From NCBI GenBank assembly GCA_965261735.1, contig OZ253470.1, positions 704,001 through 768,000 on the forward strand: a stretch of DNA of 64,000 nucleotides, written 5' to 3'. Numbering within the stretch: the stretch's first letter is position 1; each line of letters begins with the position of its first letter. Positions 40,561 through 50,555 of the stretch are shown piece by piece. The notes under the pieces were generated by a model that saw only the letters and a program-made list of their open reading frames with translations, searched no databases and had not been told where the DNA came from. The position numbers and the translations under genes were made by a program. This DNA comes from Alphaproteobacteria bacterium (lineage in GTDB: Bacteria; Pseudomonadota; Alphaproteobacteria; SHVV01).

Positions 40561-42207
40561 GAGCGTGCGCCGTAGAAGTTTTGATGTTGGGCGATTGGCG
40601 CGCGGCCGCCGGAGAGGTGGGATTTTGGCCCGAGTGTGGATATCTGGCCCGCCCGACTCTGGGATGGAAATCCCAGACCGGAAGGCCGGAAGGGAAGAGA
40701 TTCGCGTTTCATACGCGGTCGATGGGCACTGCGCGCCCCGGATCAAGTGCGTTGGCAGGCCAGCACCTGCCTCAGCACGTGGCCACCGTCCCCATCCGCT
40801 TGATGTTCAACGCCAAGCACACGAGGTCCCACTCGCCGCGCACCTTCGCCAAGCCTCGCAGGCTGAATCGTCGGAATCCGAGCACCTCCTTGATCCACCC
40901 GTTCGGCGCCTCCGAGAGCCACTTGCGTTGCGCGTACCGGGCTTTGCCCGCGGGGCTCGCCAGTTTCTCACCCATGCGGTGCGTGGCAGGGAGCCGGGCC
41001 GGGTCGACCGCCACCTGGGACTTGCCTTCACGCCCCAGCGCTACGTGCGCGTCGATGCCGCGATCTTCCAGCTCCAACAGATCCGGCTCGTTGCAGTAGC
41101 CCGCATCGGCCAGTACCACCGCAGGCTCGACCCCAAACGTCTCGTTGATCTCGTCGAGCATCCCCACCAGCTGACCCTGGTCGCTGGCCTGTGGCCCCAC
41201 CTGAGTCGCGACGATGATCTGGTGCTCCCCATCGACCGCCATCTGCGCGTTGTAGCACTGCTGGAACCCCTCGCTGCTGGTCTTCATGATCTGGCTCTCG
41301 GGATCGGTGAAATTGCTCTGCGCCTTCGGCTCGGGCTCGCCGTAGGCCCGCTTGTAAGGCCGCCCGCCCCGGGGATTGCGGTCCTGCCCCGGCTCGCGCC
41401 CGCGCTCATCGTCGCGCCCGCGTTGCGCCGCCTCCAAACGCGCTTTGGCTGCCTGGATCGCCGCCAGGCGCTTCTCCCTGCGTTGCAACTCCTCGGGCAA
41501 CTCGTCGCCCCGGAAATCCTCGCCCCAACGCTCGTCTTCTTCGGCGTCCACCATCCCCGCCGTCGTCAGCAGCGCCTCGATCTCCGCCTGCAAGCGAGCC
41601 GCCTCTTTGCCCATCCGCTCATAGCTCATCGCCTTGCGCTTGCTCGCGTTCGCTCGCACCTTCGTCCCGTCGACCGAGAGCTTGCCGAACCGCGCCAGTC
41701 CCATCTCGCGCGCCACCTGCACCACCCCCACAAACAGCTCGCTGAACTCCGCCAGATGTCGGCGTCGGAACTCACATACCGTGCGATGTTGCGGGAAGTT
41801 GCCCGCCGCGAGCATCCTAAACGCTACATCCTCCTCCAGCTTCCTCGCCACCGCGCGCGAGGAGAATGTGCCCGTCGCGTAGGCATAGATCAGCACCTTG
41901 ACCATCATCGACGGCTCGTAGGGGGCGTTGCGTCGACCGTCCCCCTCGTAGGGCGCATAGAACGCCGTCAAGTCCAGTGCATCGACCACATCGCTGACGT
42001 GATGAGCCAGGTGCCCTGGGGAAACCCACTCCTGCAAGTCCGGCGGCAAAAGCAAGGGTTGGTCCGGCTGGTAGGCACGAAACGTGGTCGGCATCGGGAG
42101 TTCCCACACGCAACTGGCGTATCGGATCATACTTCCCCCTGCGCAAATCCACCCACAACCCGTCCGCTATCAACTTTGCCGCGCGGACCTTTCTGCGGCG
42201 CACGCTC
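40561..42207 (-). mobile_element. IS1182-family insertion sequence, about 1.65 kb
   Basis: 17-bp IRs GAGCGTGCGCCG(T/C)AGAA; CTAG duplicated at 40557-40560 and 42208-42211 (the IR/target boundary could shift by a few bp). Confidence 0.92.
40772..42094 (-). CDS. IS1182-family transposase
   Basis: LLPPDL.EW, VKVLIYAYATG.FSSR, VDGTKVRANAS, NFTDPESQIMK, YNAQ, LADAGY, E.PNGWIK..LGFRRFSLRG. Confidence 0.93.
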   Translation of the reverse strand: MPTTFRAYQPDQPLLLPPDLQEWVSPGHLAHHVSDVVDALDLTAFYAPYEGDGRRNAPYEPSMMVKVLIYAYATGTFSSRAVARKLEEDVAFRMLAAGNFPQHRTVCEFRRRHLAEFSELFVGVVQVAREMGLARFGKLSVDGTKVRANASKRKAMSYERMGKEAARLQAEIEALLTTAGMVDAEEDERWGEDFRGDELPEELQRREKRLAAIQAAKARLEAAQRGRDDERGREPGQDRNPRGGRPYKRAYGEPEPKAQSNFTDPESQIMKTSSEGFQQCYNAQMAVDGEHQIIVATQVGPQASDQGQLVGMLDEINETFGVEPAVVLADAGYCNEPDLLELEDRGIDAHVALGREGKSQVAVDPARLPATHRMGEKLASPAGKARYAQRKWLSEAPNGWIKEVLGFRRFSLRGLAKVRGEWDLVCLALNIKRMGTVATC

Positions 42208-43279
42208 CTAGGGCCTAGCGGGCGCCGCGACCAGGCCTTGGAGCACTATCAGGCGATCCTGAGCGCGTTCGAGGCGGCCCAGGCGCGCGTGCTGCGCAAG
42301 ATGGGGGCGCTGCAGTGGGCCGCAGGCGAGCGTGAGCAGGCTACGGCCCGGCATCGCGCCGCCCTCGCCCTGCTCGACGGTGAGGTGGAGCACATCGAGC
42401 TCGCCCACCTGTACGAAGAGATGGGGCGTATCGCCTTTCGCAGCGGCGATGCGCCGGGTGCGGTCGAGTGGGCGCGGCGGGCGCTCGAACAGGCCGAGAA
42501 GCTGATCGCGGCCGCCGGTCCGACGACGAAGGACGAGGCTTGGCGCAAGGAGACGGCGACGGTGATCAGCTACGCCTACAACACCATGGGCGTGGCGCTG
42601 GCGCGGATGGGCAAGCTCAAACCGGCGGTCGGCCACGTCGAGCGCAGCGTCGCCGTCGCCGAGGCCGAGACGCTGTGGCACGCCGCCTGCCGCGGCTACA
42701 CCAATCTCGGCGTCCTTTACAGCACACTCGACCCGGGCCGTGCGATCGAGACCTGCGTCAACGGCCTCGACGTCGCCAAGAGAATCGGCGATTTCGGCTT
42801 CCAGTCACGCCTCTACGCCAATCTGGCCGTCGCCTATTGCACCTATACCGACCGCTGCGAGAGCGAGGGCATCGCCGCCGCGTTGGCCGCGATCGACCTC
42901 GACAGGCAGCTCGACCAGCGCGATCACATCGCGGTGCCACTTACCGTGCTCGGCCAGATCTATCAGTGCCACGGCCAACCCGAACGCGCGCTCGAGTACT
43001 ACACGGAGGCGCAAGGCATCGCCGAGGACATCGCCGAGGCGCAGCTCCTCTTCCCGTGCTACGACGGCCTGGCCACGCTGTACCTCGACATGGACGACGA
43101 AGCCCGGGCCGAGGAGTACATGCTGAAGGCCCAGGCGATCTGCGAGCAGGCCGCGATCGACCCGGATTCCTTCATCATGCTGCCGTTTCTCGATTGAGGC
43201 TGACCGACCCTCGCACCTCCCATGCTATATGTTGGGCTTGCGGCCAACATGAAGTCGAGGCGGCTATGCCGAGGAGGGC

Positions 43280-43962
43280 ATGATGACCGACGAGGCGGCG
43301 CGCCGCTTGGTGCAACCGGGCGATCCGGCGCCGAACTTTACGCTTCCGGCGGTCAATCGCGAGGGCTCGGTGGCACTCCAGGACTATCGCGGTAAGGTCC
43401 GGTGCTGGTCGGGCTGTTCCGAGGGCTCCACTGCCCGTTCTGCCGCCGCCACCTCACGACGATGAATATCGTCGACGAGGAGTTGCGCGCCATGGGCGTG
43501 GAGACGCTCGCCATCGTCGCCACTGAGCCCGAGCGCGCCAAGCTCTATTTTCGCCACCGCCCGGCGCGCGTGCTGCTGGCCGCCGACCCCGCGCAGGTAA
43601 CCCACGCGGCGTTCGGGTTGCCGACGATGGAGTTCACGGAATCCCCGACCGCTTGGGCCAACAAGAAGGTGTCGATGGCCGACATGATGACCATGCGCTT
43701 CAACCCGACCGGCGAATTGCCGGAGCCGCTTCCCGGGTTGGAGGCGGGCGAGGCCCTCACCGCCCTCGACGGCTTCGAGATGACGCCCGTGGACCAGCAG
43801 ATCATGGGGGGCTTTTCCACGGTCTTGATCGGCCAATTCCTGGTCGATCGCGAGGGTATCGTTCGCGAGACCTTCCTCGAGGCCAAGGACGACCCGGCCG
43901 ACTTCGGCAAGTTTCCCAACGTCGACGAGTTCGTCGCCGCCGCGGCTCGCCTGCGGGCCTGA
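43280..43962 (+). pseudogene. AhpC/TSA-like redoxin, frameshifted near 43395
   Basis: GDPAPNFTLP..DYRGK in one frame; PVLVGLFRGLHCPFCRR..FLVDREGIVR in another; GAGGAGG RBS. Confidence 0.82.
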
Positions 43963-43993
43963 ACCCTGCCGCCAGGCATGGCGGCATCAGGTC

Positions 43994-44173
43994 CTAGGCG
44001 GGGGCGGCGTTGGCGCCGTGGGGGTCGTGCTCGAGAAGCTCGCCCATGGTTTCGCATTTGCGGGCGTACTTCTCCAGATCCTCCGAGAAGTGCGGATTCT
44101 GGGTGCTGATGATGCGGTAGAAGCCGGCCGCGTCGCGGAGTGTTTTCGCCGCCAGTACCGTGTTCGTCGCCAT
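43994..44173 (-). CDS. Small hypothetical protein, 59 aa (absent from the ORF track)
   Basis: AAGGGGG RBS, high GC3 codons; MATNTVLAAKTLRDAAGFYRIISTQNPHFSEDLEKYARKCETMGELLEHDPHGANAAPA. Confidence 0.7.
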   Translation of the reverse strand: MATNTVLAAKTLRDAAGFYRIISTQNPHFSEDLEKYARKCETMGELLEHDPHGANAAPA

Positions 44174-44347
44174 GATGGCCCCCTTATCCGAAGGAACGAT
44201 GGCTCGCCCTCGCGGGCGCCTGTTGCAATCTAGCGCCGCCGGTGTGGCGGCCCTATGACGGCGGTCACAGGGGCGCTCGATTGGCGCGGAACTCCTGGCC
44301 GCGACCGTTTCTGTTATCCTCGCTGACCCACCAGCGGGAGCTCACGC

Positions 44348-45115
44348 ATGGCCGCGACACGCAGGATCGATCTTACGGGCGAGGTCGCGCTGATCACCGG
44401 CGCGGGCCAGGGACTGGGCCGCGGCATCGCGCAGGCATTCACCGCCTGGGGCGCGAAAGTCGCCCTTGCCGACATCGACGCGACGGCAGCGGCGGCAACG
44501 CTGCATGATATCGAGGCCGCCGGAGGCACCGGCGAGGCCTATCCGCTCGACGTCACCCGAGCCGACGAGGTGCGCCAGGTCGTCGCCTCGGTAGCCGACG
44601 ACCTCGGCGGGCTCAACCTGGCCGTGAACTGCGCCGGCGTCCATTCGGTGGCCCCCGTGGTCGACCTCGACCCCGCCGAATGGCGGCGCGTGCTGGAGGT
44701 CAATGCCACCGGCGTCTTCCTGGTCAGCCAAGCGGCGGCACGGCTGATGATCGCCCGCGGCGGCCCCGGCTCCATCGTATCCATCGCCTCGACCTCGGCC
44801 AAGAGCGGCCGTGCCGGCGCGGCCCACTACGCGGCCTCGAAATTTGCCGTCGTCGGCTTCACCCAGGCGCTGGCCAAGGAGCTGGCGGAGCACGACATCC
44901 TCGTCAACGCGGTCTGTCCGGGGAGCGTCGCAACCCCGATGTTCGACCGCCTCATCGCCGAGCGCGGCGTCACCACGGCCGACATACACGCCAATCAGCT
45001 CCTGAAGCGCTTTCAAACCGGCGAGGACATTGCCTACGCGGTGGCGTTCCTCCACACTTCGCGCGCCATGACCGGGCAGGCGATCAACACCGACGGCGGC
45101 AGCGTGTTCCACTAG
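44348..45115 (+). CDS. SDR family oxidoreductase
   Basis: TGAGQGLG, VNCAG, YAASK, VNAVCPG. Confidence 0.93.
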   Translation: MAATRRIDLTGEVALITGAGQGLGRGIAQAFTAWGAKVALADIDATAAAATLHDIEAAGGTGEAYPLDVTRADEVRQVVASVADDLGGLNLAVNCAGVHSVAPVVDLDPAEWRRVLEVNATGVFLVSQAAARLMIARGGPGSIVSIASTSAKSGRAGAAHYAASKFAVVGFTQALAKELAEHDILVNAVCPGSVATPMFDRLIAERGVTTADIHANQLLKRFQTGEDIAYAVAFLHTSRAMTGQAINTDGGSVFH

Positions 45116-45133
45116 CGAGGCGCGAGAGCGGCA

Positions 45134-45841
45134 ATGACCGAAACGACCGAGTTCGAAGGCTTTCCGCGCGGGCTGGTGGACTTTCTGGCCGCGCTCCAGG
45201 CCAACAACAACGCGACCTGGTTCAAGGCGCACCGCGGCGACTACGAGTCGCTCATGGTGGCGCCGGCACGCGCCTTCGTGGTCGCGATAGGTGCGCGCCT
45301 CGGCGCCATCTCCCGCGGCATCCGGGCCGACCCGCGGAGCGGCGGCTCGCTCATGCGCGTCAACCGCGATACCCGCTTCAGCCGCGACAAGACGCCGTAC
45401 AAATCATGGCTCGACCTGTGGTTCTGGGAGGGCGAAAAGCGCTCGCGCGAGTGCCCCGGCCTGTTCTTCCGCCTGCGCCCCGACATGCTGACCCTGGGCG
45501 CCGGCATGCACATGTTCGGCAAGCCCGAGCTCGAGACCTATCGCGCCGCGGTGGTCGATCCCAAGCTCGGTCGAGCGCTGCGCTCTGCGATCACGGAAGT
45601 CCGCAGCGCCGGCGAGGTCGAACTCGGCGGCCGCCAGTACAAGCGGGTGCCCGCCGGATTCGATGCGGCGCACGAGAACGCCGAACTCCTCTTGCACAAC
45701 GGCCTTTACGCCGGGGCCGACATGGCACCCGTGCCGGACGTGATGTTCGCGGCCGGCGCCGTCGATTATTGCTTGGAGGGCTTCCGGCGCTGGGCGCCGA
45801 TCCAGCAGTGGCTGGTCAAAGCGTTGGCGACGGTGCCCTAG
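45134..45841 (+). CDS. DUF2461 family protein
   Basis: FLAAL.ANNN..WF, RVNRDTRFSRDKTPYK, KRVPAGF. Confidence 0.88.
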   Translation: MTETTEFEGFPRGLVDFLAALQANNNATWFKAHRGDYESLMVAPARAFVVAIGARLGAISRGIRADPRSGGSLMRVNRDTRFSRDKTPYKSWLDLWFWEGEKRSRECPGLFFRLRPDMLTLGAGMHMFGKPELETYRAAVVDPKLGRALRSAITEVRSAGEVELGGRQYKRVPAGFDAAHENAELLLHNGLYAGADMAPVPDVMFAAGAVDYCLEGFRRWAPIQQWLVKALATVP

Positions 45842-45876
45842 GGGCGAGGCGGCTGCGGGTGGCCAGGGGTTCGGGC

Positions 45877-46155
45877 ATGGTGCGCAGGCGACAGCCGGGC
45901 CGTGATTGGCCACTCGCGCGGCTCAAGAACATCGGACCCGTGAGCGCCCAGCACCTCGCCGCCGCGGGAATCGAGACGGAGGCCGACTTGCGCGCGCTCG
46001 GTGCGGCTGCCGCCTACCGCCGCGTCAAGCACCGTGAGCCGCGCCACACGAGCGTGGTGTTGCTCTATGCCCTAGAGGGCGCCTTGGGGGGCCTCCACTG
46101 GAACGCCCTTCCCGCCGCGACCAAGGCGAGGCTCCGCCGCGAGGTGGGCGCTTAG
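45877..46155 (+). CDS. TfoX/Sxy C-terminal domain protein
   Basis: LKNIGPVS...LAAAGI, LLYALEGAL..LHWN. Confidence 0.85.
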   Translation: MVRRRQPGRDWPLARLKNIGPVSAQHLAAAGIETEADLRALGAAAAYRRVKHREPRHTSVVLLYALEGALGGLHWNALPAATKARLRREVGA

Positions 46156-47450
46156 GTCTTGATTTCGAGTGTCGGCCCGTCCGGGCAAGCCTCTTCGCTC
46201 GGCGCCAGCGTGAACAGCTCCTGGGGCTTGCGCACGCCGCGCAGCGCATAGCGGCCGAGCGAGACGAGCCGCCTCTTGCACTGACCGGCCGCCGCAGCGA
46301 AGGCCGAGGAGATCACGAGATCCTGATCGAGCGAGGCGCACATCGCCACGATCCGGCTGACCTCGTTGACCGCGGGGCCAACGACCGTGAAATCGAGGCG
46401 GTCGCGGGCACCGATATTCCCGTACATTACGTTGCCGAGGTGCAGCGCCAGATACATCTCGGCGACCGGAAGCCCGGCCGCACGGCGCTCGGTATTGAGG
46501 GCCGCCACCCGCGCCTGGGCTTCCTCGGCAGCATCGAGCGCGCTCGGGCAAACATCGGCGCGCGCATCATCATCGAGCTTGAAGATCGCCAGCAAGCCGT
46601 CACCGAGGAACTTCAGCACCTGGCCGCCGTGTTCCTGCACCGGCTCGACCATGCACTCGAAATACTCGTTGAGCATGGTAATGAGCTGCTCCTGCGGTGC
46701 ACGGTCGGCGATCCGGGTGAAGCCCTGGAGGTCGCAGTACCACAACACGGCGCGGATGGTTTCCACCGAGCCGCGACTGATTTCGCCGCTGAGCACCCGC
46801 TCGCCAGCGTCCCGACCAAGATAGGTGCCCACGACATCGTGGGCGATACGGCGGGTGGAGGCGGCCTTGAAGGCGAGCGCAAAGACCGGCAACAGCTGCT
46901 CGACCGAGAAGATGTCGTCGTCGCTGAAGCCGCCAGGTTGGTCCGACGTCCACGACGAGACGATGCCGTCGGGCTTGGCATCCGCGCGATCCGTTCTGCG
47001 GCCGAAAGGGGTCATCACCGCGAGGTAATCCGTGGCCCCCTTCTCACGAAGCTCGTCGAGCAGGGGGAATTCGGAGCGGACGTTGGTCGCCTCGAGCCGC
47101 CGGCGCATCTTCATGGTGCCGGTCGTGGCCATGTGCTGGAACGGGCTCGTCTCCCATGCCTTGCCGTCTTCGACATCGGTGCGGTCCCAGCCCTGTTGCT
47201 TGACCTCGGTCTCACCACGGTTCCACTCGAAGGTGTGGCCGGCATAGATCGGGTGCAGCGTGCGCTGACCCATATAGGCGCGCTTGAGCGGGACTCCACT
47301 TGCGATAATGCGCTCGCAGAATCCTTGCACCAAGCTAGCCTCGGACGCGCCGCCCAACCCCTCGGCAACGATCCACTCGGCGATCTCGAGGGTATCCTGG
47401 AGGTCCATCTTGCCGGCAAGCACCGGAGCCTTTGTAACCGCGCTGTCCAT
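46152..47450 (-). CDS. Adenylate/guanylate cyclase (class III) with N-terminal GAF-like region
   Basis: TYLGRDAG.RVL.G, CDLQGFT, KFLGDG, GNIGARDRLDFTVVGPAVNEVSR. Confidence 0.92.
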   Translation of the reverse strand: MDSAVTKAPVLAGKMDLQDTLEIAEWIVAEGLGGASEASLVQGFCERIIASGVPLKRAYMGQRTLHPIYAGHTFEWNRGETEVKQQGWDRTDVEDGKAWETSPFQHMATTGTMKMRRRLEATNVRSEFPLLDELREKGATDYLAVMTPFGRRTDRADAKPDGIVSSWTSDQPGGFSDDDIFSVEQLLPVFALAFKAASTRRIAHDVVGTYLGRDAGERVLSGEISRGSVETIRAVLWYCDLQGFTRIADRAPQEQLITMLNEYFECMVEPVQEHGGQVLKFLGDGLLAIFKLDDDARADVCPSALDAAEEAQARVAALNTERRAAGLPVAEMYLALHLGNVMYGNIGARDRLDFTVVGPAVNEVSRIVAMCASLDQDLVISSAFAAAAGQCKRRLVSLGRYALRGVRKPQELFTLAPSEEACPDGPTLEIKT

Positions 47451-47597
47451 CCCCACCATCGCTTCCCTAAGGGCGGGCCGTGCCGCTACGGCGCGGCCCC
47501 GTTCCGACAATTCATAAATGGGTGCGCGGGCCGCGTTTTGCCACCAAAAAGGGCTGTAATATGGGGTTATGTGGGCGCGGTGCGCGAAAGACGGAAC

Positions 47598-48062
47598 ATG
47601 AAGGCGGAGCTCGAACTCGACCTCCACGGCCGGCGCCGCCCGGAGCGCGACGCGGGCCCGCTCGCACGCGGTGTCGGCCGCTTGTTCGGCCATATGGGCT
47701 ACGGCGTGCTCGCCGAGTTTCGGCTTAGCTCGGGGCGCCGCGTCGACCTCATCGGCCTCAACCGCAGGGGCGAGGTCGTGATCGCCGAGATCAAGTCCTC
47801 GGTTGCCGATTTCCGCGCCGACCACAAATGGCCCGAATATCTGGCGCACTGCGACAGGTTCTACTTCGCCGTCGCCGAGGATTTCCCGCGCGACCTGGCG
47901 CCGGCCGAAGTAGGGCTCATCATCGCCGACCGCTTCGTCGCCGAGGTCGTGCGCGCGGCGCCAACCCATCCCATGGCGGGCACGCTGCGCAGCAAGGAAA
48001 CCCGCCGCTTCGCCCTCTACGCCGCCAACCGCCTACGCCACCTCCAGGACCCGGAACCCTGA
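47598..48062 (+). CDS. mmcB: MmcB family DNA repair endonuclease
   Basis: RGVGRL, GRRVDL, EIKSSVADFRADHKWPEY..HCDRFYFAV. Confidence 0.9.
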   Translation: MKAELELDLHGRRRPERDAGPLARGVGRLFGHMGYGVLAEFRLSSGRRVDLIGLNRRGEVVIAEIKSSVADFRADHKWPEYLAHCDRFYFAVAEDFPRDLAPAEVGLIIADRFVAEVVRAAPTHPMAGTLRSKETRRFALYAANRLRHLQDPEP

Positions 48063-48072
48063 CAGGGGGCGG

Positions 48073-49059
48073 CTAGCGATACGGGTCGGCGGTGCTTAGA
48101 TACTCGCGCACGTAAGCTTCGACGCCTGCTTCCAGCGTTGTGAGGGGCGCGGCGTAGCCGGCGGCGCGTAGGCGCTCGATGCGGGCTTGCGTGAAGTACT
48201 GGTAGCGCGGCCGCAGGTCCTCGGGGGTATTGACGTAATCGACCGCCGCGCCCGCCGGGAGCGCCGCACCCACCGCCGCCGCGAGATCGGCGAAGCTGCG
48301 CGCGCCTCCGGTGCCGACGTTGAACAGGCCGCACACGCCCGCGTTGTCGAGCAGCCACAGCACCACGCCCACGCAGTCGTCGACGTAGACGAAATCCCGG
48401 AGCTGGCCGCCGTCGGCGTAGTCCGGGTGGTGCGACTTGAAGAGTCGGATGGGCCGGCCCGCGGCTGCCGCCTCGTAAGCCTGGTGGACGACGCTGCGCA
48501 TCGCGCCCTTGTGGTACTCGTTGGGACCGTAGGCGTTGAAGAACTTGAGGCCCGCCCACTGTGGCGGCAGCGCAGCGCCCGCCGCCACCAGCCTGGCGAC
48601 GCGGCGATCGAACAGGTGCTTGCTCCAGCCATATAGGTTGAGGGGCCGGAGCTCGGCCAGCGCGGCGATCGCAGCGTCATCGTCGAAGCCCCGGCTGCCG
48701 TCGCCGTAAGTAGCGGCGGAGGAGGCGTAGATGAAGCGCGTTTCATGGCCCGCGCACCATGCCCACAGGTTGAGCGAGAAGGCAAAGTTCTGCGCCACCA
48801 CGAGATCGGCATCGCGCTCGGTGGTCGAGCTCACCGCGCCCATGTGGATGATCGCCTCGACGCGGCCCGCGTGGTCGTCGAGATAGCCGGCCAGCGCCGG
48901 CGGCGCGACGAGGGCGGCGACCTCGTGCTTGGCGAGGTTGCGCCATTTGTCGCCGCTGCCGAGCACGTCGCACACCACGACGTCGCCGTGTTCGCGCGCC
49001 GAAAGGGCGGCGACGATATTGGAGCCGATAAAACCGGCCCCTCCGGTAACGACGATCAT
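48073..49059 (-). CDS. hldD: ADP-L-glycero-D-manno-heptose 6-epimerase
   Basis: VTGGAGFIGSN, YASSAATYG, PLNLYGWSK, YGPNEYHKG, YQYFTQA. Confidence 0.96.
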   Translation of the reverse strand: MIVVTGGAGFIGSNIVAALSAREHGDVVVCDVLGSGDKWRNLAKHEVAALVAPPALAGYLDDHAGRVEAIIHMGAVSSTTERDADLVVAQNFAFSLNLWAWCAGHETRFIYASSAATYGDGSRGFDDDAAIAALAELRPLNLYGWSKHLFDRRVARLVAAGAALPPQWAGLKFFNAYGPNEYHKGAMRSVVHQAYEAAAAGRPIRLFKSHHPDYADGGQLRDFVYVDDCVGVVLWLLDNAGVCGLFNVGTGGARSFADLAAAVGAALPAGAAVDYVNTPEDLRPRYQYFTQARIERLRAAGYAAPLTTLEAGVEAYVREYLSTADPYR

Positions 49060-49069
49060 CGCGCCCGCA

Positions 49070-50542
49070 CTACCGGGCGAGCTTGGCCAGCGTGTCGGTG
49101 GTGCTGTAGCCGGGCTTCACGGTCGCGAGCAGCACCTGGCCGCCGTAGTCACGGACGAACGCGCCCCCGACCACTTCGTCCAACGCGTAGTCGGCGCCTT
49201 TGACGAGGACGTCCGGGCGCAGCGCCTCGATCAGGCCCATCGGCGTGTCGTCGTCGAACGGCACTAGGAGATCGACCGTGCCGTGCGAGGCGAGCAGGAC
49301 CGCGCGCTCGCGCTCCTTGTTGAAGGGCCGGCCGGCGCCCTTGAGGCGGCGGGTCGAGGCGTCCGAGTTGAGGCCCACGACGAGTCGGTCGCAGGCGGCG
49401 CGCGCCTGCTCGAGCAGGGAGACGTGGCCCGGGTGAAGCAGGTCGAAGCAGCCGTTGGTGAAGCCGATGCGCAAGCCCCGGCGGCGCCATTCGGCGGCGC
49501 GTGCGAGCGCCGCCTCGAGGGAGTCGATCTTGGCCTCGCTAGTCGAGACCTGGGCGTGGTGAAGCGCCGCCGAGATTTCTCGCGGGTAGGCGGCCGCGGT
49601 TCCCGACTTGCCGACCACGATGGCCGCCGCGTAGTTGGCGAGCGCGGCCGCCTCCACAAGGGGTGCCCCCGCCGCGGTCGCGACGGCCACCGCGGCGATC
49701 ACCGTGTCGCCGGCACCGGAGACGTCGAAGACCGCGCGCGCGCGTACGGGGAGGTGGGCGACCGCGCCGCCGGCCTCGACCAGCGTCATGCCGCGCTCGC
49801 CGCGGGTGACCAGCACCGCTGCGATAGCGCACAATTCGATGATCGAGCCGGCCGCGGCCGCCACGTCGTCGTCGCTCTCGAGAGTCCGGCCCACGGCCGC
49901 CGCGAGCTCGCGCTGGTTGGGAGTGATGAGGTCGGCGCCGCCATAGCGTGCGAAATCGCGGGCCTTGGGATCGACGAGGACGGGAGCTCCGGCGGCCTTG
50001 GCGCGACCCAGGATTTCGCGCACGAGGTCCTCGCTCAACACGCCCTTGCCGTAGTCGGACAGCACGACCGGGGTCGGCGGGCTCGCCGCGCTCACCGCAT
50101 TATCGAAGGCGGCGAGCAGGGTTCGCACACGGGCCGGGGCGAGCGGCAAGGTATGCTCGCGGTCGGCGCGCAACAGCTGTTGGATGCCGGCCACGTAGCG
50201 CGTTTTCACGGTGGTGCGGCCCCGCGCCTCGACACACAGCGTCGCCTGCACCCGGGGCTCGCGCTTGAGGAGCCGTTCGAGCTCGGCGCCGGCGGTGTCC
50301 TTGCCGCGCCGCGCGAGCAGCGTTGCGCACGCACCCAAGGCGACGATGTTGCGCACGACGTTGGCGGCGCCGCCCGGCATTGCCTCCTCGCGATCGACGC
50401 GCACGATCGGGATCGGCGCCTCGGGCGAAACCCGGTCGACGCTCCCGTAGACGTAGCGATCGAGCATGACGTCCCCGATGCACACGACGTGACGGCCCGG
50501 AATGCGGTCGAGCCAGCGCTGCAGTGCATGCGGTTGGGTCAT
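49070..50542 (-). CDS. hldE: Bifunctional heptose 7-phosphate kinase / heptose 1-phosphate adenylyltransferase
   Basis: GDVMLDRY, RVSPEAPIP, SDYGKG, DVSGAGDT, NGCFDLLHPGH, LVKGADY. Confidence 0.96.
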   Translation of the reverse strand: MTQPHALQRWLDRIPGRHVVCIGDVMLDRYVYGSVDRVSPEAPIPIVRVDREEAMPGGAANVVRNIVALGACATLLARRGKDTAGAELERLLKREPRVQATLCVEARGRTTVKTRYVAGIQQLLRADREHTLPLAPARVRTLLAAFDNAVSAASPPTPVVLSDYGKGVLSEDLVREILGRAKAAGAPVLVDPKARDFARYGGADLITPNQRELAAAVGRTLESDDDVAAAAGSIIELCAIAAVLVTRGERGMTLVEAGGAVAHLPVRARAVFDVSGAGDTVIAAVAVATAAGAPLVEAAALANYAAAIVVGKSGTAAAYPREISAALHHAQVSTSEAKIDSLEAALARAAEWRRRGLRIGFTNGCFDLLHPGHVSLLEQARAACDRLVVGLNSDASTRRLKGAGRPFNKERERAVLLASHGTVDLLVPFDDDTPMGLIEALRPDVLVKGADYALDEVVGGAFVRDYGGQVLLATVKPGYSTTDTLAKLAR

Positions 50543-50555
50543 GGAGGAGACATCG

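Larger units (their letters stand above)
38277..43197 (+). pseudogene. Double Zn-ribbon / class III cyclase / AAA-ATPase / TPR protein, split by IS1182
   Basis: Two CxxC..CPKCG repeats, VLFADLCGFT, KFVGDA, GDTVNTASRL, GEAGAGKSRL, EDLHWAD, TGGNPFY, TPRs. IS removal restores DLLGPSGRRDQALEHY. Confidence 0.9.

Noticed and set aside
35440-46155. Integrative element or prophage at tRNA-Arg
   Set aside because: No integrase, phage genes or duplicated tRNA 3' end (att) seen; composition is host-like.
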